A model generated the notes under the pieces. The model ran no database searches, was not told the DNA's origin, and worked only from the letters and a program-made list of their open reading frames with translations. The position numbers and the translations under genes were made by a program. Below are positions 23,941 to 35,098 of a DNA stretch of 64,000 bases, in pieces. Each line of letters starts with the position of its first letter. Position 1 is the first letter of the stretch. This DNA comes from an uncultured Gemmatimonadales bacterium. GTDB taxonomy: Bacteria; Gemmatimonadota; Gemmatimonadetes; Longimicrobiales; RSA9. The stretch is taken from positions 1 to 64,000 of the forward strand of contig CAWCUS010000004.1 in assembly GCA_963798845.1 (NCBI GenBank). Reading direction: 5' to 3'.

Positions 23941-24097
23941 ATCCGCCTCCCCACCGCTCCATCCCGGATCCGCTGCCTCTGCTCTGGCGGCTCCGGCTCC
24001 GCGTCCAGACGCTTCGGCTTTGCTGTTGGCCGAGGGGTGGTCCGCACCGGGGGGCCGCCATAAATTGGCTCGTTTGTTTACCGCCGACAGAGCTCGC

Positions 24098-25183
24098 GTG
24101 CCTACACCCAGACGGACCGTCATAAAGGGGACCGGCCACTACCTCCCGGTGCGGAGCGTGGAGAACCGGGCGTTCATCGACAACCCGTTCCACCTGGACT
24201 ACGGGCGTCCGATCGAGCGGGCGGAGAACGAGCGGGTGCTCGAGAAGTTCCACGAGATCACGGGCATCTCCGCGCGCCGCTGGGTCACCGACGACCTGGT
24301 GGCATCCGACATCGGTGCCATGGCCGCGATCGCGGCGGTGGTGGATGCCGGGATCGAGCCGGAGACGCTGGACTGCATCATCGTCGCCCACAACTTCGGC
24401 GACGTGGCCGCCGACAATCCGCGCCTCGACTTCTGCCCCACGCTGGCCGCCCGGATCAAGGAGCGGCTGGCCATCCGCAACCCGTGGTGCGTTGCCTACG
24501 ACCTGCCCTTCGGCTGTCCTGGCTGGCTCCAGGCGCTGATCCAGGCCGACCAGCTGGTACGCGCGGGCGACGCGCGCCGGGCGCTGGTCGTGGGCACCGA
24601 AACCCTGTCCCGGGTCAGCGACCCGGCCGATCGCGACAGCATGCTGTACGCCGATGGCGCCGGCGCCGCGGTGGTCGAGGCGGTGGAGTCCGAGGAGCCG
24701 GTCGGCGTGCTGAGCCATCTGACCCGCTCCGACACCCTGGAGTACGCGCGACTTCTGCGCATGGGCCCGTCGTACGATCCGGAGGCGGACCAGAAGCGCC
24801 TGTTCCTGAAGATGAACGGACGCCGCCTCTACCAGTACGCCCTCCAGACGGTCCCGGGGGTGGTGGAGGAGAGCCTGAAGCGGGCGGGCGTGACGCTCGG
24901 CGATGTGTCCAAGGTCCTGATCCACCAGGCCAACCAGAAGATGGACGAGGCGATCCTGCGGCGCCTGTTCGAGCGCTGCGGCATCGACGAGATCCCCGAA
25001 CGGATCATGCCCATGACCATCTCGTGGCTGGGCAACAGCTCCGTCGCCACGCTGCCCACGCTGCTGGACCTGGTCCGGCGCGGCGAGCTGGACGGCCATC
25101 GGCTGGAGGCGGGGGATGTCGTGGTCTTCGCGTCGGTGGGTGCGGGCATGAACGTCAACGCGGTGGTCTACCGCAGCGCGTGA
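24098..25183 (+). CDS. fabH: 3-oxoacyl-ACP synthase III family protein
   Basis: GTGHYLP, TGISARRW, FGCPGW (catalytic Cys), DGAGA, HQAN and GNSSVAT motifs. Confidence 0.88.
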   Translation: MPTPRRTVIKGTGHYLPVRSVENRAFIDNPFHLDYGRPIERAENERVLEKFHEITGISARRWVTDDLVASDIGAMAAIAAVVDAGIEPETLDCIIVAHNFGDVAADNPRLDFCPTLAARIKERLAIRNPWCVAYDLPFGCPGWLQALIQADQLVRAGDARRALVVGTETLSRVSDPADRDSMLYADGAGAAVVEAVESEEPVGVLSHLTRSDTLEYARLLRMGPSYDPEADQKRLFLKMNGRRLYQYALQTVPGVVEESLKRAGVTLGDVSKVLIHQANQKMDEAILRRLFERCGIDEIPERIMPMTISWLGNSSVATLPTLLDLVRRGELDGHRLEAGDVVVFASVGAGMNVNAVVYRSA

Positions 25184-25199
25184 CCCCGGGTCCGCGACA

Positions 25200-25233
25200 A
25201 ACGCCCCTCCGGCCATCCGGCCGGAGGGGCGTT
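25200..25233. terminator. GC-rich hairpin between convergent genes
   Basis: aacgcccctccggcc-atcc-ggccggaggggcgtt, a perfect 15-bp stem. Confidence 0.7.
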
Positions 25234-25259
25234 GCTGTGCGCGATGCGACTGCCCGGCG

Positions 25260-26354
25260 CTACTGGTGGACCTTCAGCTCTGCCACGACGCCCGCGTGGT
25301 CGGAAGGCCAGAGTCCGCTGGCCGTACGGTCGGACGACTGGTTGCCGACGACATGCTCGGAGAGCACGTCAATGTCGCCCTTGAAGAGGATCAGGTCGAT
25401 CCGCTCGTAGAGCGACTGGCTCTCGGTCAGCAGCTCGGGCTGGCAGCAGGTGAGCCCCGGGTCGGTGTTGCCGGACTCCGTCCACGCGTCGCTGAACGTG
25501 GTGGTCAGGTCGCCGTAGGGGGCGCTGCCGGGCGCGCTGTTGAAGTCGCCGACGACGATGAGCGGGGACCGTCCGCCGAACTGCTGGATGAGCTCCCCGG
25601 CCTGGGCCCGCTGGATCACGGTGAGCGTTCCGCCCGCGCTCACCTCCAGGTGCGTGTTGGCGAACGTGAAGTCCACGTCGTCGATGGACGCGTCCACGGA
25701 CGTGTAGCCGCGCTGGAACCAGACAGTGTCCCCGGGCGCGAGCTCGAAGGGGACGCGCGCCTGATAGCCGGCGGAGACGGGATTGCTCGTCTGGATGTCG
25801 GAGCGGGCGAGGATGACGTCGTGGTCCGTGAGACGGACGTCGAAGAACTCCGTCGCGCTCTTGGCGGCGGGCAGCTCGACGTCGGCGTTCTCGACCTCAC
25901 TGGCGACCTGGTAGTCGAGGCCGCGGGCGGACAGCGAGTCCATGAGCACGTCGAGGAAGTCCAGGTAGACCTCCGTCGCGTTGGGCCCGGTGGTGCCGGT
26001 GACGTAGTCGCTCGGGTCCTGGATGCGGAACGTCTCCACTTCCTGGAGCCCGATCAGGTCCGGGTTCGCCGCCTCGATCTCGGCCGCGAGCGCGCCCGCG
26101 CGGGCATGGAAGTCGTTCGCCTGGACGGTGGCGAAGACCTGGGCGGCAATGGCGGGGATCTGAAGGGGCGAGGCCGCCTCGGTCAGCTTGAAGATGTCGC
26201 CGCCGAGATAGAGGTTCCGCGTCATCACCGTCACGTCGGCCGTGCCTGACTGGCCTGTCGGGCTGCCGTCATCGCACGCGCCGGCCAGCGCGGCGAGGCC
26301 CAGCACGAGCAACGCGGACGCACGGGCGGAACGGGGTCGGGAAATGCGTTTCAT
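25260..26354 (-). CDS. Endonuclease/exonuclease/phosphatase family lipoprotein
   Basis: Lipobox AGAC; MTRNLYLG, GLQEV, NTHLE, GDFN, RIDLI and PSDHAGV motifs. Confidence 0.88.
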   Translation of the reverse strand: MKRISRPRSARASALLVLGLAALAGACDDGSPTGQSGTADVTVMTRNLYLGGDIFKLTEAASPLQIPAIAAQVFATVQANDFHARAGALAAEIEAANPDLIGLQEVETFRIQDPSDYVTGTTGPNATEVYLDFLDVLMDSLSARGLDYQVASEVENADVELPAAKSATEFFDVRLTDHDVILARSDIQTSNPVSAGYQARVPFELAPGDTVWFQRGYTSVDASIDDVDFTFANTHLEVSAGGTLTVIQRAQAGELIQQFGGRSPLIVVGDFNSAPGSAPYGDLTTTFSDAWTESGNTDPGLTCCQPELLTESQSLYERIDLILFKGDIDVLSEHVVGNQSSDRTASGLWPSDHAGVVAELKVHQ

Positions 26355-26462
26355 CGAGTGATTCTCCGGTGGGGGACAGCGGCGCCCGCACGGATGCGGC
26401 GGTGCGGGCGAACCAGGATGAAGGTATACGCCCCCGCGGACGGGGCCGTCAACCGGTGGCGC

Positions 26463-27008
26463 TCAGCGCCGGATGCCGAGGAGCGAGTCGAGTCGGGCCT
26501 GCAAACGGGCCGGCGTGGTGGCGTTCAGCTCGGCGGTGCAGGGCGGCTCGAGGCGTCGGCCGCGGCAGGTGAGAGCGATCGCGCGGGTGGTGTCGCGGTC
26601 CAGCCAGACCGTGTTGAAGCGCTCGGTCGGGCGGGGCCGGAGCGGCCAGGGACGGTCGCTCCACGCCGGCTTGCCGAAGCCGCGGGCGAAGCGCCGCATC
26701 GACCGCGCCGGGTGCTTGTCCGGCACGTCCTTGCGCAGGATGATGCGGACCGCGGAATCGCCCCGCACGAGGACCTCGATGGGACCGCCCTCCGTGGGGC
26801 CGGCGCAGCTGGTGACCTTGGGGCGCGTCCCGATGAGCGTGCAGGTGAAGCCGCCGCGGCGTTGAGAGCGTTCCATGACCTGCGCCTGCGACATCCCGAG
26901 CTCGAAACCCCCGAGCCCCTCGGGCGGGGCCCCGCCGCACGCGGCGACAGGGGCCATGAGCAGCATGGACAGCACGATCGCGAGCGGACGCGCTCGGACC
27001 GTCATCAT
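26463..27008 (-). CDS. Hypothetical lipoprotein
   Basis: Signal peptide with VAAC lipobox and GFELGMS motif; paired cysteines. Confidence 0.65.
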   Translation of the reverse strand: MMTVRARPLAIVLSMLLMAPVAACGGAPPEGLGGFELGMSQAQVMERSQRRGGFTCTLIGTRPKVTSCAGPTEGGPIEVLVRGDSAVRIILRKDVPDKHPARSMRRFARGFGKPAWSDRPWPLRPRPTERFNTVWLDRDTTRAIALTCRGRRLEPPCTAELNATTPARLQARLDSLLGIRR

Positions 27009-27033
27009 CCCGTCCCGGCTTCGTCCCGGAGGT

Positions 27034-27489
27034 TCAGACCGCCACGCCGGCAAGCTGTGAAGTGCAGTGGCCGCAGCGAGTGGCCTCGCCCGGAATCTCC
27101 AGGCGGCAATGGGGACAGAGGCGCGGCTCGGGAGCGGGCGCCGCTTCCTCCTTGGCGCCGCGCTCCATGAACCGGTTGTAGCTCCGGATCAGGAGAAAGA
27201 CGACAAATGCCACGATCAGGAAGCTGATCGTGTTGTTCAGGAACAGCCCGTAGTTGATGGTGGCCGCCCCCGCATCCTTCGCTTCCGCCAGGGAGCCGTA
27301 GGTGCCGCCCGACAGGTTGACGTACAGGTTGGAGAAGTCCACGCCGCCGGTCAGTCGACCGATGGGCGGCATGATGATGTCGTCGACCAGCGACTTGACC
27401 ACCGTGGTGAACGCGGCGCCGATGATGATGCCGACGGCCATGTCGAGGACGTTGCCGCGGGCGACGAACTTCCGGAATTCGCTGAGCAT
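27034..27489 (-). CDS. mscL: Large-conductance mechanosensitive channel with C-terminal zinc ribbon
   Basis: [31 protein letters not shown] and CPHC...CGHC. Confidence 0.94.
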   Translation of the reverse strand: MLSEFRKFVARGNVLDMAVGIIIGAAFTTVVKSLVDDIIMPPIGRLTGGVDFSNLYVNLSGGTYGSLAEAKDAGAATINYGLFLNNTISFLIVAFVVFLLIRSYNRFMERGAKEEAAPAPEPRLCPHCRLEIPGEATRCGHCTSQLAGVAV

Positions 27490-27636
27490 CGGACATGCCT
27501 CCGGCGAGGGAACGGGTGCCGCGCGACGCGGCCGGTCAGGAGAGAATTGATGGATTCCCCGTCCCGGCGCACGCAATCCCCATCTCCCACCGGCGGGCGA
27601 GGGTGCGCGCGGGCGCCGGATCCGCGCCCGTCCCTG

Positions 27637-29211
27637 CTAGCGGGTCACGGCTGCGGCGCCGACGGCGCTCACGAGTGAGGGAGCGGCATCGGCGAGGGCG
27701 AGCGCGCCGGCTCCCGCGTCTCCGGCCTCGGCCTCGGCGAAGGCGGCGGCGAGCGCATCGCGGAGGGCCGGGCGCGCCTCACCCGTGACGCGTCGGAGGA
27801 ACGCGTCCGGGTCGATCCCGAAGCGGGTCATGTCCCGCAGCGCCTGCGTGAAGAGGACGTTGTGGGGCCCTTCCCACGTTTCCATGATCACGGCGTCGCG
27901 GTACAGGCGCGGGAGTGGCGAGAACTCCTCCTCGATGCCGTTGCCGCCGAGGAGCATCATGGCCTCGTGGAGCAGCGTGGTGGCGCGCCGGGTGAGGACG
28001 GGCTTGGCAAGGCTGAGCAGGACACGGAAATCGATGGTGTCACGGTGAGGATGCTCGTCCGACTCTGCCGCCTCCCAGCGCCGGACCAGCTCGAACAGGC
28101 AGCCGAGCGCTTCCTCGCGCGCCGCGCTGATGCCGTCGAGCGTGCGGGCGACGAGCGGGTAGTCGGCGATCGGGCGCCCGAACGCGCTGCGAAACTCCGC
28201 GTAGGCGCGGGTGATCCGCTCGGCTCTTCTCAGCGCCGCCGCGGCGAACACCACGCAGGCGATGCGGGAAGGCGTGAGGACGTAGCGCAGCAGGTTGGCG
28301 ATCCCGCGGTCGAGCGGCCCGACCTGCCAGGCGAGCGCGCCGTCGAAGGCGACTTCGGCGGTCGCCAGCTCGCGGGTGCCGAGCTTCTCCTTCAGGCGCT
28401 CGATGGTGTAGCCGTTGCGCGTGTCCGCGGGCGGCTGTCCGGGGCGACCCGGGAGACCTGGCGTCACGGCCGGCGCGTCGGTGGCGAGGGCGACGAACGC
28501 CGGGACCAGGAACAGGCCGACCGGGTCGTCGTCATCCGCACCGTCCCGGCCGGGCGGCCGCGCCCGCGCGGTGACCAGGAACCAGTCTGCGTTGATGTTG
28601 GAGCAGAACCACTTTCGGCCGCTGATGCGGAACGCGTCGCCTTCCCGGACCGCGGCCGCCTGATTGGCCGGGATGTCGGACCCGCCCTGGATCTCGGTGA
28701 CGAACTGGGCGCCGTGGATGTAGCGCTCCGGGGTGGACGCTCGCACGGCGGCGGCAACGTCGTGGTGGATGGGCCGGTCCCCCAGGGCGTCGAGCGCGCG
28801 CACCAGCCCGTCCGTGCAGGCCAGCGAGCACGCCACGCCGGCCTCCCCGTTCTGGGCCAGGATGTAGACCATGGCGTAGTGGACGAACGGGTCGCCGTGC
28901 ACCGCGCCGAGGCGCACTCCGCCCTCGACCAGCCTGAGCGCCTCCAGAGTCGAGCCGGGAAGCTCTACGGCGTCGACACGACGGTCGAAGGCGTCCCGGC
29001 GACGGAGCCGGGGCGCGTTGCCGGGCCGCGCCGACTCTTCCGCCAGCGCTCGCAGTCGCCCGGCGGCCGTCGGGCCGAAGGCGACGAGCCGGCCGCGGTC
29101 GGCGTCCGGGGCGTAGCGGTCGAGGAGGTGGCGGAGGAGGTCGTCGTCGGCGTACCAGTCGCGGCGGAGGGCTGCCAGGTAGGATTCGAAACCGTAGCCG
29201 GCAGAGGGCAT
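27637..29211 (-). CDS. Acyl-CoA dehydrogenase family protein (AidB-like)
   Basis: AQFVTEIQGGSD, GRKWFCSN, RLKEKLGT, LGGNGI.E and TWEGPHNV motifs. Confidence 0.88.
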   Translation of the reverse strand: MPSAGYGFESYLAALRRDWYADDDLLRHLLDRYAPDADRGRLVAFGPTAAGRLRALAEESARPGNAPRLRRRDAFDRRVDAVELPGSTLEALRLVEGGVRLGAVHGDPFVHYAMVYILAQNGEAGVACSLACTDGLVRALDALGDRPIHHDVAAAVRASTPERYIHGAQFVTEIQGGSDIPANQAAAVREGDAFRISGRKWFCSNINADWFLVTARARPPGRDGADDDDPVGLFLVPAFVALATDAPAVTPGLPGRPGQPPADTRNGYTIERLKEKLGTRELATAEVAFDGALAWQVGPLDRGIANLLRYVLTPSRIACVVFAAAALRRAERITRAYAEFRSAFGRPIADYPLVARTLDGISAAREEALGCLFELVRRWEAAESDEHPHRDTIDFRVLLSLAKPVLTRRATTLLHEAMMLLGGNGIEEEFSPLPRLYRDAVIMETWEGPHNVLFTQALRDMTRFGIDPDAFLRRVTGEARPALRDALAAAFAEAEAGDAGAGALALADAAPSLVSAVGAAAVTR

Positions 29212-29217
29212 GAGCGG

Positions 29218-29526
29218 TCAGCTCGCCGCGATGCCGCCCCTGTGCCAGCGTGGCGCGCGCATGACGAGGTTCGCGCCGTAGGCATCGGCCAGGATCTCCC
29301 GGCGGAACGCTTCCGCGAGGCGGGGCACCGGCGTTTCCCGCCAGCGTGCGCCCTGCTGGAAGCTCAGCGTGCGCGCGCCCACCCGGGCGCGCACGAGGAT
29401 CCCTCGCTCGTCCGCCGTGGCCCTCAGGATCTCGACGCCGTGGCGCCGGAGGGCGAGGTCGTCGATCAGCATCTCGCGGATCGCGTCGGCGTGGCTCTGG
29501 AAGGACGGGCTGATCCTCAACGCCAT
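29218..29526 (-). CDS. Hypothetical protein (102 aa)
   Basis: ATG 29526 with SD ggaga; ends 7 bp before the next gene on the same strand. Confidence 0.6.
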   Translation of the reverse strand: MALRISPSFQSHADAIREMLIDDLALRRHGVEILRATADERGILVRARVGARTLSFQQGARWRETPVPRLAEAFRREILADAYGANLVMRAPRWHRGGIAAS

Positions 29527-29762
29527 GGGTGTCTCCGTTCGGACGGGTGCGTGCGACCCGGCGGGGTGATGCATGAGCCGTGCGCGCGCGTTTGAGCTTG
29601 CCCCGGGACGGGTCACGGGCCCGGACAGCCGGCGCTCGCCGACGACACCTCCGGCCGCTGACCCGCCGTTCGCAGCTCGCCCGGTGCCCCGCGCACTTTG
29701 CCCCGGCGACCCGGCCATCCTATCCTTCCACGGGGACGACCACCCGCACTCGCGAATCACAC

Positions 29763-30287
29763 ATGGAACAGCCTTCCCGCGCCGCCCTCGAGCGAGGGCG
29801 CGCACACCTCGGCCGGCGACGCCAGCGGCTCGCACGCCTGCTCCAGCGGCCGCTCCCGCCGCCGCCGCCCTCCGTCGGCCTCACCGAAGACCGTCGACGG
29901 TTCCTCCTCGAGGAGGCCCAGGAGCTGTACTGGAACGAGCTCTCGTGGGAGCAGGTGACCGAGGAGGAGGGCCTCGCCGACAGCGGTCTGGTCGAGTTCA
30001 CCTTCCCGGGCTTTCTCGCCCTCATCGAGGGGCTCCTCCTGCGCGAGGTCATGCCCGACTCCCGCGCGCCCGCGCACCCACGGCCGGAGGTCGTCGAGGA
30101 CATCCTGGTCTTCCTCGCCACCCGGGGCACCGAGCTGGAAGGCGCCGCCGACGAGGACGCGGCCATGGAGCGGCAGGTCACCACCCGCCTCATCGACCTG
30201 GTCCTCTACCGTCAGCACGGCATCGACGTGGAGGAGGTGGAGCGCCTCGAGGAGGAGGCGCCCACGCGCAATCCGGACGTCGGATGA
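29763..30287 (+). CDS. Hypothetical acidic helical protein
   Basis: Strong GC3 codon bias (RRFLLEEAQELYWNELSWEQVT...); ATGA overlap with the downstream gene. Confidence 0.75.
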   Translation: MEQPSRAALERGRAHLGRRRQRLARLLQRPLPPPPPSVGLTEDRRRFLLEEAQELYWNELSWEQVTEEEGLADSGLVEFTFPGFLALIEGLLLREVMPDSRAPAHPRPEVVEDILVFLATRGTELEGAADEDAAMERQVTTRLIDLVLYRQHGIDVEEVERLEEEAPTRNPDVG

Positions 30288-31123
30288 GCGCCGGCTCGCC
30301 TCGAAGCCCCGGCCGCGGCTATGCCGCCCTCGCCGGCGGACCGCTCCTGGTCGGTCACCGAGGCGCGGCGGGCCTCGCCCCGGAGAACACCATGGCTTCC
30401 TTCCGCGAGGCCGTGGAGCAGTGGGGCGTCGACATGATCGAGACCGACGTCCACGCCAGCGCCGACGGCGAATGCGTGGTCATCCACGACCCGACCGTGG
30501 ATCGAACCTGCGACGGATGCGGCGCCGTGGCCGGCATGACGCTCGACGATCTCCGTCGCCTCGACTTCGGCTACCGCTTCACCAATGCGCTGGGAAAGAC
30601 CCCGTTCCGCGGACAGGGCATCGGGATCTCCACCCTGGCCGAAGTGCTCGAGGCGTTCCCCGACACGCGCTTCACTCTGGAGGTCAAGGCCGGGGCCGCG
30701 CAGGCGCCAATGTTCGACACCATCCGGCGCCTGGGGGCCGAAAGCCGCGTGGTCGTGGCGGGCATGGACCCGAAGGACCGGACGATGTTCGGCGACTTCG
30801 TCGGTGCGCGCAGCGGCTCGACCCGCGACGCCCGCACCTTCGTCGCCTTTCACCGCCTTCACCTGGCTCGCCTGTGGCGCCCCGGCTGCGAGGTGTTCCA
30901 GGTGCCCGAGCACTACGGCCGCCTGCGCGTGGTCACGCCCCGCTTCATCCGCGATGCCGCGCGCAGCGGCCTCCCCGTGCACGTGTGGACCGTCAACGAT
31001 CCGGCCGACATGGACCGCCTCCTGGCCTGGGGCGTCGACGGCATCATCACCGATCGGCCCGACCTGGCCATCCCCGTCTTCGCCGAGCGCACAGGACGGC
31101 CGCGGCCACCGGATCTCTCCTGA
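30284..31123 (+). CDS. Glycerophosphodiester phosphodiesterase
   Basis: GHRG...PENTMASF, ETDVH, HDPTVDRT, WTVND and GVDGIITDRP motifs. Confidence 0.92.
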   Translation: MSAGSPRSPGRGYAALAGGPLLVGHRGAAGLAPENTMASFREAVEQWGVDMIETDVHASADGECVVIHDPTVDRTCDGCGAVAGMTLDDLRRLDFGYRFTNALGKTPFRGQGIGISTLAEVLEAFPDTRFTLEVKAGAAQAPMFDTIRRLGAESRVVVAGMDPKDRTMFGDFVGARSGSTRDARTFVAFHRLHLARLWRPGCEVFQVPEHYGRLRVVTPRFIRDAARSGLPVHVWTVNDPADMDRLLAWGVDGIITDRPDLAIPVFAERTGRPRPPDLS

Positions 31124-31124
31124 C

Positions 31125-32471
31125 GTGGGCGAAAGTCCCGGGTCTTCGCTGCCGGAGCGCCTGCGTCGCCACCTGGCCGCCTCACGGCTGATCCGTACCG
31201 GCGACGCCGTCACCGTCGCCCTTTCCGGCGGCCTCGACTCCGTCGTCCTCCTCCACCTGCTGCGCTTCCCGCTCGCCGACTTCGACCTGCGCCTGGGCGC
31301 GGCGCACCTCGACCATAGCATGCGCACCGACAGCAGCGCCGACGCCGAATGGGTTGGTGGCCTGTGCCGTGCCTGGAACGTCCCGCTCGTCCGCGAGCGC
31401 GCGGACCCCGCCCCACGATCCGAGGCCGAGGCCCGCCGCGCCCGCTACGCCTTCCTTGGCCGCGCGGCTGGCGGGGCGCGCATCGCGACCGCCCACCACC
31501 TGGACGACCAGGCGGAGACCGTTCTGTTCCGGCTGGCGAGGGGCACCGGCCTGCGCGGTCTGCGCGGGATAGCGCCGCGGCGGGGACGGATCGTGCGCCC
31601 GCTCCTGCCGTTCACGCGCGCAGAGCTCGCCCGCCATGCTCGGGACGCCGGCCTGCGCTGGCGCGACGACCCCAGCAATCGCGACACTTCCTTCGCCCGC
31701 AACCACATCCGCCACCGCGTGCTCCCGGAGCTGGAGCGCGCCCGCCCCGGCGCTGCGCGCGCGCTCGCCGGAATCGCCGTCGCGGCGAGGCAGGAGGAAC
31801 GGGCGTGGGAGCGCCTGCTGCGCCGGCTCGACGAGGAGGTCGTCCTCGAGCGCGGGCAAGGGCATCTCGCGCTTGCCCGGGATGTGCTGCACTCCTATCA
31901 TCCGGACCTGCGGGCGCGCGTCGCTCGCCGTCTGCTCCGCCGCTTTGGGACCACGCCCGGTCGGGCAGGAACCCAGGCGGCGTTGGAGTTTATCATGTCG
32001 GGGCGGAGCGGACGGGGCGTGGCGTTGCCCGGGAACGTGCGGCTCGAGCGCGATTTCGACCGCATCGTCGTGCGAGCGGCCGGGCAGCCGCCCCTGGAAG
32101 AGCGGCCGCTCGAGATCGGGGACGGGGGGCCGGGGCGGGGGAGCGCGGTCGTGGGCGGGCGTGCGCTGCGCGTGCGCTGGGGCCCGCTCCGGACGGACGG
32201 TGCAGGGGAGCGGACCCGCGTGGTGGCGCCGTGCTTCCCGCTCCAGCTGCGGGGTTGGCAGCCGGGAGACCGGATCCGCCTCGACTACGGGACCAAGAAG
32301 CTGAAGAAGCTGTTCGGCGAGCATCGCCTCGACCGCCGCGAGCGTCTGCGCACGCCGGTGCTCGTGGATGCGAGCGGGATGGTGCTCTGGGTGGTCGGCG
32401 TCGCCCGTGCGAGCGGCGGGGCCGACGGGGATGGACTCGAGATCGCGGTGGAGGATGCCGGACAGCACTGA
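31125..32471 (+). CDS. tilS: tRNA(Ile)-lysidine synthetase
   Basis: SGGLDS, HLDH, ATAHHLDDQAETVL, RPLL, DPSN and RNHIRH motifs. Confidence 0.93.
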   Translation: MGESPGSSLPERLRRHLAASRLIRTGDAVTVALSGGLDSVVLLHLLRFPLADFDLRLGAAHLDHSMRTDSSADAEWVGGLCRAWNVPLVRERADPAPRSEAEARRARYAFLGRAAGGARIATAHHLDDQAETVLFRLARGTGLRGLRGIAPRRGRIVRPLLPFTRAELARHARDAGLRWRDDPSNRDTSFARNHIRHRVLPELERARPGAARALAGIAVAARQEERAWERLLRRLDEEVVLERGQGHLALARDVLHSYHPDLRARVARRLLRRFGTTPGRAGTQAALEFIMSGRSGRGVALPGNVRLERDFDRIVVRAAGQPPLEERPLEIGDGGPGRGSAVVGGRALRVRWGPLRTDGAGERTRVVAPCFPLQLRGWQPGDRIRLDYGTKKLKKLFGEHRLDRRERLRTPVLVDASGMVLWVVGVARASGGADGDGLEIAVEDAGQH

Positions 32472-33021
32472 CACGTTCGCGAGGACGGGGGGAGCGGACC
32501 TCGAGCGGCTGGTGTACACCCCCGACCAGATCGCGGAGCGGGTGGCGGAGATGGGAGCCGAGATCGGGCTGGCGTACCCGATGGAGGAGCCGGTGCTGGT
32601 GCTGGGGCTCCTGAAAGGGTCGTTCATCTTCATGGCCGACCTGGTGCGCGAGATCCGGAGACCGGTCACGCTCGACTTCCTGGTGGCGTCGAGCTACGGC
32701 TCCGGCACTACGTCGAGCGGGGACGTGCGCCTCCTCTACGACCCGGCGAACACGGTGGAGGACAAGCACGTGATCCTGGTGGAGGACATCGTGGACAGCG
32801 GCAACACCATGAACCGGCTCATCCCGATGATCGAGGCAAGGGGCCCGCGCTCGCTGGAGATCTGCGCGCTGCTGCACAAGCAGGTGGCGCCCGACCTGGT
32901 GAAGGAGCCCCGGTGGGTCGGATTCGACGCGCCCCGGGAGTTCCTGATCGGGTATGGCCTGGACCACAGCGAGAACTTCAGGAACCTGCCGTTCATCGCG
33001 AGCTTGAAGGCACCGAAGTAG
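32455..33021 (+). CDS. hpt: Hypoxanthine phosphoribosyltransferase
   Basis: GLLKGSFIFMADL, SSYG, VEDIVDSGNT and GYGLD motifs. Confidence 0.95.
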   Translation: MPDSTDTFARTGGADLERLVYTPDQIAERVAEMGAEIGLAYPMEEPVLVLGLLKGSFIFMADLVREIRRPVTLDFLVASSYGSGTTSSGDVRLLYDPANTVEDKHVILVEDIVDSGNTMNRLIPMIEARGPRSLEICALLHKQVAPDLVKEPRWVGFDAPREFLIGYGLDHSENFRNLPFIASLKAPK

Positions 33022-33030
33022 CAGGAGTCG

Positions 33031-35091
<2,061 letters not shown>

Positions 35092-35098
35092 GGTGCGG

